Positions 16,650 through 25,720 of a stretch of 64,000 bases of DNA are shown piece by piece. The notes below the pieces were generated by a model. It had not been told where the DNA came from. It saw nothing but the letters and a program-made list of their open reading frames with translations, and made no database searches. This DNA comes from a virus, in the IMG/VR virus record IMGVR_UViG_3300033149_007571, positions 1 through 64,000 of that record; one strand, 5' to 3'. Made by a program: the position numbers and the translations under genes. Position 1 is the stretch's first letter. Each line of letters opens with the position of its first letter.

Positions 16650-17893
16650 TGGGTTTTTTCCCCGAATCGTCTCTCCGATCTTCTGGTCGTCCGGAAAGAT
16701 CACCTCGTTGTGGTTCCTGTGGGCTATTCGATGGTTGCATTTCTCCTCGTATGTCAACAACTGGGGAGGGAAGATTGAAGATATTGGTTGTGGGAGAAGC
16801 TCCAGGCGAAGAAGAAGATAAACAAAACACCCAACTGATTGGACCCGCTGGTCAACGTTTGCGAAAGGAGTTGAAGAAGTTTGGTGCAGATTTGGATCGA
16901 GATTGTTGGAAGACGAACGCGGTGGTTTGTTGTCCTCACGGCAACCCAACTAATAGGCAAATCGAATCCTGTCGTCCGAATCTTCTGAAGACGATCCAGG
17001 TATTGAAACCAAGGACAATTATATTGTTGGGATTGTCCGCTGTCCGTTCAGTGATTGGTTGGTTGTGGAAGTCTGATCTTGGATCGATGGAGCGTTGGGC
17101 AGGTTGGCAGATTCCGTGCCAAAGATGGAATTGTTGGATTTGCCCTACCTATCATTCATCATATGTGAGGAGAGTAGAGTTGGGAGAGAAGGGTGGGTTT
17201 GGTGAAAAGAAATTGGTAAGCGGGGAGGTGTTGGGCATTCTATTCGGTGAGCATTTGCAGTTGGCATTCAAGCTGACGGAGAGACCTTGGAAAGAACGAC
17301 CGAGGTTCGACCAAGTTGAGAAGATTGTAGACACAAATGAAGCAGCAAAGAGAATCGAGTGCTTGATTCGTGCTAAGCCGGGAGTGCCTATTGCCTTCGA
17401 CTATGAGACGGACAGATTGAAACCAGATAGTGATGGAGCAGAGATCCGATGTTGTGCAATGTCCAATGGAGAGGAGACCATTGCCTATCCGATACATGGT
17501 TCAACATACGAGGCAACTCGGCGGTTCCTTCGATGTCCTGTCCCGAAGATCGCGGCAAATACAAAGTTTGAAGAACGATGGAGCCGTGCAGTTTTCAAGA
17601 CGTCGGTGAGAAATTGGTCGTGGTGTACAATGCTTGGAGCACACGTATTGGATAACCGAAGGGGAATCACCGGACTGAAGTTTCAAGCGTTCGTTCGTCT
17701 TGGGCAGGAAACATACAACGATGTGGTGGCTTCCTATTTGAAAGAGTCGAACTCAAACAAACCTAATCGGATACGCCAGGCGGATTGGAGAGATCTGCTC
17801 CAATATAATGGTATGGATGCATCGTTGACTTGGCATGTAGCGAAGAGGCAACAAAAGGAGATGGATGAGTCTTCCTGTAGTTTAGGAAAGTAA
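16646..17893 (+). CDS. Family-4 uracil-DNA glycosylase fused to a 3'-5' exonuclease (N-terminal part of split family A polymerase)
   Basis: CxxC, VVGEAPGEEED, TNAVVC, TYHSS (UDG); AFDYET, ANTKFE, YNGMDA (Exo I-III). Confidence 0.88.
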   Translation: MMGFFPESSLRSSGRPERSPRCGSCGLFDGCISPRMSTTGEGRLKILVVGEAPGEEEDKQNTQLIGPAGQRLRKELKKFGADLDRDCWKTNAVVCCPHGNPTNRQIESCRPNLLKTIQVLKPRTIILLGLSAVRSVIGWLWKSDLGSMERWAGWQIPCQRWNCWICPTYHSSYVRRVELGEKGGFGEKKLVSGEVLGILFGEHLQLAFKLTERPWKERPRFDQVEKIVDTNEAAKRIECLIRAKPGVPIAFDYETDRLKPDSDGAEIRCCAMSNGEETIAYPIHGSTYEATRRFLRCPVPKIAANTKFEERWSRAVFKTSVRNWSWCTMLGAHVLDNRRGITGLKFQAFVRLGQETYNDVVASYLKESNSNKPNRIRQADWRDLLQYNGMDASLTWHVAKRQQKEMDESSCSLGK

Positions 17894-17910
17894 AGAGAGG
17901 AGTTTGACTG

Positions 17911-19266
17911 TTGAAACCGATGCGACGAGATGCTTACAAGCTGTTGCATGATGGAGCTTTGGCTTTGGCGAGGGTAGAGGAGAATGGAATTCGTATCGAC
18001 GTGGGTCGGTTGGATCGGACGATTGTAAAGGTGAAAGACCGGATAGAGGATTTGACCTCGAGGTTGAAGGAGACCAGGGAGTGGAAGTTATGGAGGAAGA
18101 TATACGGGGGCAAGGCATCAATTGGGAGCCGTTCCCAACTAGGGGAAGTGTTGGATGGGTTGGGATACCACCAAGGAGAGAAAACCAGTTCGGGCAAACG
18201 AAGGAGCACGGCGAGAGGAGTATTGGAACAGATCGACAAACCGTTCGTGAAGTTGTTTCTCGACATTGAGAAACTAAAGAAACTTCATGGGACATATCTG
18301 AAGGGGCTTCGGCGCGAGGTTACCGATGGTTTGCTTCACTGTTTCTACAATCTGCACACGGTGAAGACGTATCGCAGTAGTTCCGATCGGGTGAATTTTC
18401 AAAATCAGCCTATCCGAGACAAGGTAATGGGCAAGCTAATTCGGAGTTGCTTTGTGCCTCGTCCTGGTCATGTATTGGTAGAGTTCGATTTTGGTCAACT
18501 TGAGGTGAGGGTGGCTGCATGCTATAACAGAGATCCCGTTCTTATCGACTATATCAAGACGGGTTATGATATGCATCGAGATTTGGCGTCTCAGTGTTTT
18601 CTGGTTGAGAAGGATAGGGTAAGTAAGGATGTCCGCTACGCGGCGAAGAATCAGTTTGTGTTTCCAGAGTTCTATGGATCATACTTCCGAGATTGTGCTA
18701 TTGGTTTGTGGTCGGCTATCGATCAGCTTAATTTGGAAGTGGACGGTGTTCCGATGCGTGACCATCTGAGGGCCAATGGCATTACGGAGTTGGGCGATGA
18801 GGATTCGGACGAATCGTTTATGAGACATATATGTGAGGTCGAGGAGGACTTCTGGGGTGTTCGGTTCAAGGTGTACAATGAGTGGAAGAAGGAATGGTAC
18901 AATCAGTATTTGCAAAGGGGATGGTTTGACACTCTGACGGGTTTCCGTGAGAAAGGATTGTACAAACGGAACGACGTAATCAACCATCCGATCCAAGGTT
19001 CTGCTTTTCACTGCTTGCTATGGTGTTTGATCCGACTTGTGCAATGGACGGTGAAGAATAAAATGCAGACCAAGATTGTAGGTCAGATTCATGATAGTGT
19101 ACTGGCTGATGTTCACAAGTCGGAGTTGGAGGATTTTGTAGCGAAAGCTCAACGGTTGATGGTCAAGGACATTCGAATTGCTTGGGATTGGATCATCGTG
19201 CCCTTAGACGTTGATGTGGCGATAGCTGAGCAGAACTGGTATGAAAAACAGGAGGTCGATTTGTGA
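17911..19266 (+). CDS. Family A DNA polymerase, catalytic part
   Basis: TYRSSS..NFQNQP, motif A DFGQLEVR, motif B RYAAKNQFVF..FYG, NHPIQGSA, motif C QIHDS. Confidence 0.93.
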   Translation: MKPMRRDAYKLLHDGALALARVEENGIRIDVGRLDRTIVKVKDRIEDLTSRLKETREWKLWRKIYGGKASIGSRSQLGEVLDGLGYHQGEKTSSGKRRSTARGVLEQIDKPFVKLFLDIEKLKKLHGTYLKGLRREVTDGLLHCFYNLHTVKTYRSSSDRVNFQNQPIRDKVMGKLIRSCFVPRPGHVLVEFDFGQLEVRVAACYNRDPVLIDYIKTGYDMHRDLASQCFLVEKDRVSKDVRYAAKNQFVFPEFYGSYFRDCAIGLWSAIDQLNLEVDGVPMRDHLRANGITELGDEDSDESFMRHICEVEEDFWGVRFKVYNEWKKEWYNQYLQRGWFDTLTGFREKGLYKRNDVINHPIQGSAFHCLLWCLIRLVQWTVKNKMQTKIVGQIHDSVLADVHKSELEDFVAKAQRLMVKDIRIAWDWIIVPLDVDVAIAEQNWYEKQEVDL

Positions 19267-19991
19267 GAGGATTACCCGCTTGTTTCCGTTGTGGAAAACA
19301 ACCTTGCGAGTGCGAGGATGGCATTACTCTCTATCATGGAGATAGCCGAGAATTGATGCCTTTGTTTGATGATGGTTCGGTCGATATGATCCTTACTGAT
19401 CCGCCATACGGAGTTGAGTATGGCGGAGGATTCGGGAGTCCAAGGGAAAAGCTAACAAACGATAATGTAGATGTCTATCAATGGGCAGTTCCTGAATTTT
19501 TTCGGATTTGCAATGGTCCTTGCTATATTTGGTATGGTTGTATTCGGTCCTACTTTATATTCCGAGCGGTGCATCAAGCCAACGGCGTTGTGCATTCAGT
19601 GATCATCTGGAAGAAGCAAATGACTGGGTGTTTACGTTCTCAATATAAGCACGTTTATGAATCACTAGTGTATTGTAATGGACCGAAAACAACGACCAAG
19701 TGGTGTGGTCCTAGAAACGAGGTAACGTTGTGGGAACTACAAAGACCTAGTAGCAACAAGATGCATCCAACTGAAAAGCCAATTGCTTTATTGCGGAGGG
19801 CTATTCGCAATCATGATGTTGGTTTGGTTTTTGACCCATTTGCAGGAGCAGGTTCAACCGGTCGGGCATGTAAGGACTTGGGACGTAGATGTATTATGAT
19901 AGAAGTTGAGAAAGAGTATTGCGAGATAGCAGCAGATCGTTTGGGTATATGCGAAAAGGTTGTCGAATCGAAGAAGGGTTTGTTTTTATAG
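19263..19991 (+). CDS. DNA methyltransferase, beta class (DPPY; N6-A)
   Basis: ILTDPPY, HPTEKP, DPFAGAGST. Confidence 0.92.
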   Translation: MRGLPACFRCGKQPCECEDGITLYHGDSRELMPLFDDGSVDMILTDPPYGVEYGGGFGSPREKLTNDNVDVYQWAVPEFFRICNGPCYIWYGCIRSYFIFRAVHQANGVVHSVIIWKKQMTGCLRSQYKHVYESLVYCNGPKTTTKWCGPRNEVTLWELQRPSSNKMHPTEKPIALLRRAIRNHDVGLVFDPFAGAGSTGRACKDLGRRCIMIEVEKEYCEIAADRLGICEKVVESKKGLFL

Positions 19992-20006
19992 AGGAAGGGA
20001 AACGAG

Positions 20007-20933
20007 ATGGGTGACGAGTTATACAAGAGATACCGACCTTCAAAGTTTTCGGAATTGGTTGGTCAAGAACATGTTGTGAAGACCTTAGTTGCAATGGGCA
20101 AACGCAACGCGATACCTCATTGCATTCTATTGTCGGGACCATCTGGTGTAGGCAAGACAACTATCGCTCGGATTCTCCGACAGAAGTTGGGTTGTGGGGA
20201 TTCCGACTATGAGGAAATCAATGCCAGCGATTATCGTGGGATTGAGATGGTTCGGAAGATTCGGTCGAATATGATGATGGCTCCAATCTCAGGTCGGTGT
20301 CGGGTATGGACAATTGACGAATGTCATCAACTTACCTCTGATGCGCAGAATTCATTCCTCAAGATTTTGGAGGATACTCCAACTCATTGCTATTTCATAC
20401 TGTCTACTACAGACCCGCAACGATTGAAGAGGACTATCATTACCCGTTCGACTGAATTGAAGTTGGGGTTTTTACCTCCATCAGATTTATCCAAACTCGT
20501 ATCGTTTGTGGTCAAGAGCGAGGGAATGAACGAGTTGAGTGAGAGTGTTATAGACAAGTTGGTTTCTGTGGCTGATGGCAGTGCTCGTAAAGCTCTTGTT
20601 GTTTTGGATACGATAATAGGAGTAGAGGACGAGGCTAAGCAGTTAGAAGTTATTGCCAAGGCAGATTTCAAAGCGCAGGCTATTGAAATTGCGAGATTGC
20701 TTATGAATCCGAAGACTGAATGGAAGGCGATGGCTGACGTCTTGAAGGCAGTGGATGAGGATGTTGAATCGTTGAGATATATGGTGTTGGGTTATTGCAG
20801 GAAGGTGATGCTTGGTGGACGAGGAGCAAGTCGGGCGGCTGCAATCATTGACCGATTTCAGGACCATTTTTACGACAGTAAAGCGGCTGGTTTTGCTTTG
20901 GCTTGTTGGGACATTGTGAAAGGTTCGAGGTGA
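20007..20933 (+). CDS. Clamp loader AAA+ ATPase (DnaX gamma/tau-like)
   Basis: LYKRYRP..F.ELVGQ, GPSGVGKT, IDECHQL, QNSFLKILED. Confidence 0.93.
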   Translation: MGDELYKRYRPSKFSELVGQEHVVKTLVAMGKRNAIPHCILLSGPSGVGKTTIARILRQKLGCGDSDYEEINASDYRGIEMVRKIRSNMMMAPISGRCRVWTIDECHQLTSDAQNSFLKILEDTPTHCYFILSTTDPQRLKRTIITRSTELKLGFLPPSDLSKLVSFVVKSEGMNELSESVIDKLVSVADGSARKALVVLDTIIGVEDEAKQLEVIAKADFKAQAIEIARLLMNPKTEWKAMADVLKAVDEDVESLRYMVLGYCRKVMLGGRGASRAAAIIDRFQDHFYDSKAAGFALACWDIVKGSR

Positions 20934-20934
20934 G

Positions 20935-21144
20935 ATGAGGAAGGCCAAGGTAGAATATAGTCTTGCTCGTACATTGAACATGGGTAACTATGAGTCGACG
21001 AAGATCCACATAGGTTTTGCTGTGGAGTGTGAAGCAACAAAGGAGGCTGTTGAAAAAGCATTTGAAGGATGTCGAGCATTTGTCAAACGGAAGATTGCTA
21101 AAGAGGAGATGGAGTACAAAGTTGGTGATCCATATGAAGAGTAG
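20935..21144 (+). CDS. Conserved-looking small phage protein
   Basis: RTLNMGNYESTKI motif. Confidence 0.65.
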   Translation: MRKAKVEYSLARTLNMGNYESTKIHIGFAVECEATKEAVEKAFEGCRAFVKRKIAKEEMEYKVGDPYEE

Positions 21145-21154
21145 GAGAATAGTG

Positions 21155-21685
21155 ATGGGTGATAACTCGGCTGTGGGAAAAGAAGGCAGTGGAACTGTTA
21201 CTAATATATTCTCGATTGATGAGTACAATTTGGAGAAAGAGTGGATTGGCCAGCCGAAGTTGTACTTCACCTGGGCAAAAAGAGCAGCAGATTGCCGTAG
21301 TCGCTTCGATGAGGCAAAGACCAACCTCGACTTGGTCCGAGCCGAAGTTGATCAAGAGATTCGGGAGACACCAGCCAAATATGGATTCGGTGAGAAGAAG
21401 CCGACGGAAAAGGCCATTGAGTCGTTGGTTGTGCAACATGAACGTGTTGTCCGGGCAATGCATAATTTAGTGACTATGCGTCATGCTTATGATATTGCGC
21501 AAGCTGCGGTTGCTGCCCTTGACCATCGCAAGACGGCATTAGAACGCTTGGTCCAGTTGCATTTGGCAAATTACTATAGTGAACCTCGATCTCCAAAAGG
21601 CTACGAGGATGAGATCGAGGAAGCTAAGAAAGACCGAGCTTGGAAATCGAGACAGAAGAGGGCGAGAGAGGCGCACGATGATTGA
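21155..21685 (+). CDS. UvsY-like recombination mediator (coiled coil)
   Basis: IDEYNLEKEW..QP.LY, KPTEKAIES; located between clamp loader and SSB. Confidence 0.55.
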   Translation: MGDNSAVGKEGSGTVTNIFSIDEYNLEKEWIGQPKLYFTWAKRAADCRSRFDEAKTNLDLVRAEVDQEIRETPAKYGFGEKKPTEKAIESLVVQHERVVRAMHNLVTMRHAYDIAQAAVAALDHRKTALERLVQLHLANYYSEPRSPKGYEDEIEEAKKDRAWKSRQKRAREAHDD

Positions 21686-21818
21686 TGTACTAGTAACGTT
21701 GTTGGTGTTGCTTTTATTTCCGTTTGTGGTGTTCTTCAGTGTGAAACTGGGGACTTACGCATTTTACCGAGGAAGGGCTCTATTTGAAGAGGAGAACGAG
21801 AATGGGACGAAAGGCTAG
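21678..21818 (+). CDS. Small membrane protein
   Basis: MIDVLVTLLVLLLFPFVVFF hydrophobic helix; overlaps neighbours. Confidence 0.55.
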   Translation: MIDVLVTLLVLLLFPFVVFFSVKLGTYAFYRGRALFEEENENGTKG

Positions 21819-22977
21819 GGAACGTCGCCGGGTTTCGGCGAAGAAGTGGAGAGAGGAGATTCGAGGGGGTTCCAATTATTTGAGGATACCTGATGAGGTC
21901 GGACTGTTTCGGCCAAAGGCCGAAACGTATCGGTTAGACTTCATGCCGTATGTTGCTGGGGATGGAAACCCAAGGGCAGAGAAGGGAGAGGAGTATTTTG
22001 AGCGAACGTTTTGGGTTCACCAGAATGTTGGAGTCAATCAGGATTGGCATCTCTGTGCGGCGAAGACTTTCAAGAGGCCCTGCCCGATTTGCGAGCACAG
22101 AGCAAAACTGATGGCTGACCCTGATGCAGATGAGGACGTTATCAAGAGTTTGGCGCCGAAGGAAAGGCAGCTTTGGTTGGTTCGGAATACGCAAGAAGAT
22201 CCAGATGCTCTGTTGCTCTGGGAGGTGAGCTACCATCTGTTCGGACGATCACTTAAGGATAAGATCAACAACGCCGACGAGGAAGATGGTTACGATTATT
22301 TTGCTGATCCAACCGATGGGTACACTGTCCGCGTGGCATTCACGCAATCTGAGCGTGGCAAATGGTTGGACGTTGCTGATATTGAGTTCCGCAAGAGGGC
22401 GGTTTCATATGATGTCGAGATCGCAAAGGAGATGCCTTGCCTAGACGATATGTTGGTCGAGACTCCATATGATAAGCTCAAAAAGATCTTCCTGCAGACG
22501 GATGACACGGATGATGAGGATCATGATGACGAACCCAAGGAGACTAAACCTTCTGTATCGAGGGGAAGTAAGAAAAAGGTCGAGTCCAAAACTGGCAAGA
22601 GGAAGCAAAAGGAGCAAGAACCTCGCGCCGCTAACTTATCGGCAGGCGATATGGTCTCCTACGAGGGCGAAGAGTGTGAAGTGTTGAAGGTGTCTGGAGA
22701 CGGCACCAGTTTGATTCTCGAAGCTCCGGATGGGACAATCCATAGAGCGATCGGTTTGGACGATTTGGACAGTGATTCGCCAGCAGTGTCGTCGGGTGAG
22801 CCGACTGCTTCGTCAAAGGATCAGGATGACGATGATGATTGGGATTTTGATGATACGGATGATGCATCTGGGAATGGGGATGGACCGGAAAAGAAATTCG
22901 GATCGGACGTGGACGACGTTGTCGAGGACGATGGGGATGATGAGGATGATGAGGATTGGGATTTTGGCGACGATTGA
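21802..22977 (+). CDS. Single-stranded DNA-binding protein (gp32-like) with acidic tail
   Basis: H...C....CPICE zinc motif, FADP.DG, DDDWDF...EDWDFGDD acidic/aromatic C-terminus. Confidence 0.8.
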   Translation: MGRKARERRRVSAKKWREEIRGGSNYLRIPDEVGLFRPKAETYRLDFMPYVAGDGNPRAEKGEEYFERTFWVHQNVGVNQDWHLCAAKTFKRPCPICEHRAKLMADPDADEDVIKSLAPKERQLWLVRNTQEDPDALLLWEVSYHLFGRSLKDKINNADEEDGYDYFADPTDGYTVRVAFTQSERGKWLDVADIEFRKRAVSYDVEIAKEMPCLDDMLVETPYDKLKKIFLQTDDTDDEDHDDEPKETKPSVSRGSKKKVESKTGKRKQKEQEPRAANLSAGDMVSYEGEECEVLKVSGDGTSLILEAPDGTIHRAIGLDDLDSDSPAVSSGEPTASSKDQDDDDDWDFDDTDDASGNGDGPEKKFGSDVDDVVEDDGDDEDDEDWDFGDD

Positions 22978-22994
22978 TATGTGATTGTGTGTAC

Positions 22995-23035
22995 TCCCCT
23001 TCATCATCTAAACGGATGGTGAAGGGGACTTTTAT
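22995..23035 (+). terminator. Intrinsic terminator after SSB
   Basis: TCCCCTTCATCATC-TAAACG-GATGGTGAAGGGGA then CTTTTAT. Confidence 0.75.
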
Positions 23036-23067
23036 AGATTGGGCCAAGAGTGGTTCAGTGTGGGGAC

Positions 23068-23262
23068 GAATTTTGGCAGATTCTGGCGGAGCCCAAGAGG
23101 GGGGATTCACGTCTCCCCTGAAGGGGGAGACGTCCCGGAGGAGAAACACGAAGGAGAGATGATGCCAGAGAGGCCACCTGGTGCCCGACGTTGCCGTCTC
23201 AGGGGGCGCTTCGGGGCTTTCCCCCTCTTGCCTCAAGAGCCTTGTAACGAAGCCTGATTGAG
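23068..23262 (-). repeat. Composite inverted copy of elements A (3038-3097) and B (3830-3943)
   Basis: Reverse complement matches A exactly at 23075-23134 and B imperfectly at 23164-23262. Confidence 0.88.
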
Positions 23263-23307
23263 ACCCCGAGAGAGGGGTGTCCTTTGGTTCCCCTTCGGAG
23301 GGTGAAG

Positions 23308-24369
23308 GTGGATGACACAGAGAAGATAAAGCAAATGTTGAGAATGATTGGAACGCAGCAGGGATCTCATCAACTTTTGCATAGTGGATCAACGTTAGTC
23401 GATTTGGCTTGTACAGGGACAATAGAGGGAGCATTTTTGGCCGGGCATTATTACTTCGTTGTAGGTGATAGCAATTCTGGCAAAACCTGGTTGGGATTGT
23501 CGTGCTTTGCTGAGGCAGCGACTGATCCACAGTGGGATAATTATCGTCTAGTGTACGACCCGGTAGAAGGTGGAGCGCTGATGGATCTGGAGCGATTCTT
23601 CGGTAGGAAGGCAGCAGAACGGATCGAAGTCGTTGATCCGCCGTCAGAGACGGTTGAAGAGTTTTATTATAATTTGGATGATCAATTGAGTGGGGATCGT
23701 CCTGTTATCAGTGTGCTCGACAGTCAAGATGCCTTGAGTAGCGTTGCCGAACAAGAGAAGTTTGAAAAAACCAAGAAGGCATATCGAAGTGGAAAGAGCA
23801 CATCGGGCAGCTTCGGGGATAACAAGGCAAAGGTGCATTCGGCGAATTTGCGGAAGTTCATGGGACCGTTGCGAGACACGGGATCAATTTTGCTTATCTT
23901 GAATCAGACACGTGATAGTTTTGACTTGTTCACGCCGAAGACATATTCGGGTGGGAGGGCGCTGAAGTTCTATGCTACGATCCAACTTTGGAATAAGGTG
24001 AAGAAGAATTTGATCAAGAGCGTTCGTGGTAAGAAAAGACAGCTTGGCGTTCTCGTTGAATTAAGGGCGAAGAAGAGTCGGGCGACAGGGCGTGACCGGG
24101 TCGTCGAAATACCTATCTATCATAGTTATGGTATTGATGATGTCGGTTCGTGCGTAGATTATCTTGTTAGCGAAGGAGTGTGGTCAAAGGGGAGTACAGG
24201 CTATATCCAAGCAACGGGGATTGGCCCAACGTTTAAGGGTTATCGGGATAAGATAATCGACATCATTGAACAGGAAGACAAGATAGATGATCTTCGATTA
24301 CTTGTTGAACGGACCTGGCGAGAAATTGAAAAGGAGTGTGAGATACGTAGGAGACCACGGTATGAGTGA
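23308..24369 (+). CDS. RecA/UvsX-like recombinase
   Basis: HSGSTLVDLA, GDSNSGKT, VLDS, ILNQTR, SGGRALKFYA, YGID; GTG start after GGAGG. Confidence 0.92.
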   Translation: MDDTEKIKQMLRMIGTQQGSHQLLHSGSTLVDLACTGTIEGAFLAGHYYFVVGDSNSGKTWLGLSCFAEAATDPQWDNYRLVYDPVEGGALMDLERFFGRKAAERIEVVDPPSETVEEFYYNLDDQLSGDRPVISVLDSQDALSSVAEQEKFEKTKKAYRSGKSTSGSFGDNKAKVHSANLRKFMGPLRDTGSILLILNQTRDSFDLFTPKTYSGGRALKFYATIQLWNKVKKNLIKSVRGKKRQLGVLVELRAKKSRATGRDRVVEIPIYHSYGIDDVGSCVDYLVSEGVWSKGSTGYIQATGIGPTFKGYRDKIIDIIEQEDKIDDLRLLVERTWREIEKECEIRRRPRYE

Positions 24370-24372
24370 TAC

Positions 24373-25212
24373 TTGGTTATGAATGATACTTGGTTGATCC
24401 TCGATTGTCCCTTCCTCGCTCACCGTGCTCAGATGTCTATGGGTGAGTTGCACTATGAAGGAGAGGAGACGACAATCGTTTTTGGTCTGATGCGTGATCT
24501 CGTTAACTGGAAGGAGGTTTTCCGGACGAGGAGGGTGGTGTTCTGTTTTGACCGAGGGCGAAACAAGCGATTGGAATTGTATCCTGAATACAAAGCTAAT
24601 CGTTTGGATGGGTCGGAAGAGGAAAGAGAGCGTAGGATATCCCTCAAAAGGCAAATCACTCGATTGATGGAAACCGACTTATTCCGTCTTGGGTATCGCA
24701 ATGTGTTGTGGGAGGAAGGTTACGAGGCTGATGATATTATTGCATCCGTTGTGCTATCAAGTATTCCCGAGGGGGATGAGGTAGTGATTGTTAGTAGCGA
24801 TTCCGACTTGTACCAATTGATCTCTTCCACAGTGTCGATATTTGATCCCAGAACGAACAAGAGACGAACATTGCAATGGTTCTTCGGCAAGTATGGGATT
24901 GAACCAAGTCAGTGGGCGGACGTTAAGGCGTTGGCTGGTTGCATAGGAGATAATATCATAGGGGTGAAGACTGTAGGAGAGAAGTCGGCTATTGCGTTTC
25001 TGCAGGGGAGAATGCCTTCAACGGCAAAACGTTATCAAGCTATTGTTAGTAATAGCGATCTCTGGCGACGGAACATGAGGCTTGTTCAGTTGCCTTTCGA
25101 AGGATGTCCAGTCTTCAATTTGAGGAAGGATCAGGTGTCCAAAGAGCGTTGGCATCGGTTCTGCGAAGATTTTGGGATAAAGAGCTTAAAGGGCATATAT
25201 CCAGGGGGATAA
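24373..25212 (+). CDS. 5'-3' exonuclease / flap endonuclease
   Basis: R..LYPEYKANR, EADDIIAS, SSDSDLYQL, DNIIGV..VGEK. Confidence 0.93.
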   Translation: MVMNDTWLILDCPFLAHRAQMSMGELHYEGEETTIVFGLMRDLVNWKEVFRTRRVVFCFDRGRNKRLELYPEYKANRLDGSEEERERRISLKRQITRLMETDLFRLGYRNVLWEEGYEADDIIASVVLSSIPEGDEVVIVSSDSDLYQLISSTVSIFDPRTNKRRTLQWFFGKYGIEPSQWADVKALAGCIGDNIIGVKTVGEKSAIAFLQGRMPSTAKRYQAIVSNSDLWRRNMRLVQLPFEGCPVFNLRKDQVSKERWHRFCEDFGIKSLKGIYPGG

Positions 25213-25213
25213 A

Positions 25214-25720
25214 ATGAATATACTTGCTCTTGATCTAGCAACGAAGACAGGTTGGGCTCATAGCTCAGGGGAAAGCGGTGTTCAAGATTTTACTCCTCGT
25301 CGTGGTGATTCTCCAGGTATGAGGTATTTGAATCTTGGAGCATGGTTGTCTCGTTTATATGAGATGGCTCCATTCGATCTGATAGCGTATGAACAACCTC
25401 ATTATCGAGGAGGACACTCGACCGAGGTTTTGGTTGGGATGATTACAAAAGTGCAAGAATGGGCTGCAGAACGAGGAATTGAGACGACGAGTCGACACTC
25501 GGGCGAGATAAAGAAGCATGCATTGGGGAAAGGTCGTGGGACGAAGTTAGCAATGCGTTTGAAGGCGGAGGTGAGATGGGGAAAAGTAATTGATAGTGAT
25601 GATGAGTCAGATGCATTGTGGTTGTTGGATTTAGTTCAGATGGATATCGGGGTTGGATCTAGAGCAGGAGCAGCAGTTAAAGAACACCGTCGTCCAATAT
25701 ACGATCCGATGGAAGAATGA
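25214..25720 (+). CDS. RuvC-like Holliday junction resolvase
   Basis: ILALDLATKTGWA, IAYEQP, IKKHALGKG, DDESDAL. Confidence 0.88.
   Translation: MNILALDLATKTGWAHSSGESGVQDFTPRRGDSPGMRYLNLGAWLSRLYEMAPFDLIAYEQPHYRGGHSTEVLVGMITKVQEWAAERGIETTSRHSGEIKKHALGKGRGTKLAMRLKAEVRWGKVIDSDDESDALWLLDLVQMDIGVGSRAGAAVKEHRRPIYDPMEE

Larger units (their letters stand above)
15903..19343 (+). repeat. 63-bp direct repeat at the 5' ends of both methyltransferases (15903-15965 and 19281-19343)
   Basis: Encodes CFRCGKQPCECEDGITLYHGD in both; three synonymous differences. Confidence 0.88.

Noticed and set aside
17880-17915. Intron or programmed frameshift joining the polymerase halves
   Set aside because: Gap is only 17 bp, no slippery heptamer seen, and the second ORF has its own RBS
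23039-23257. Short ORFs across the SSB-RecA intergenic region
   Set aside because: They overlie the inverted repeat elements and terminator; better explained as non-coding
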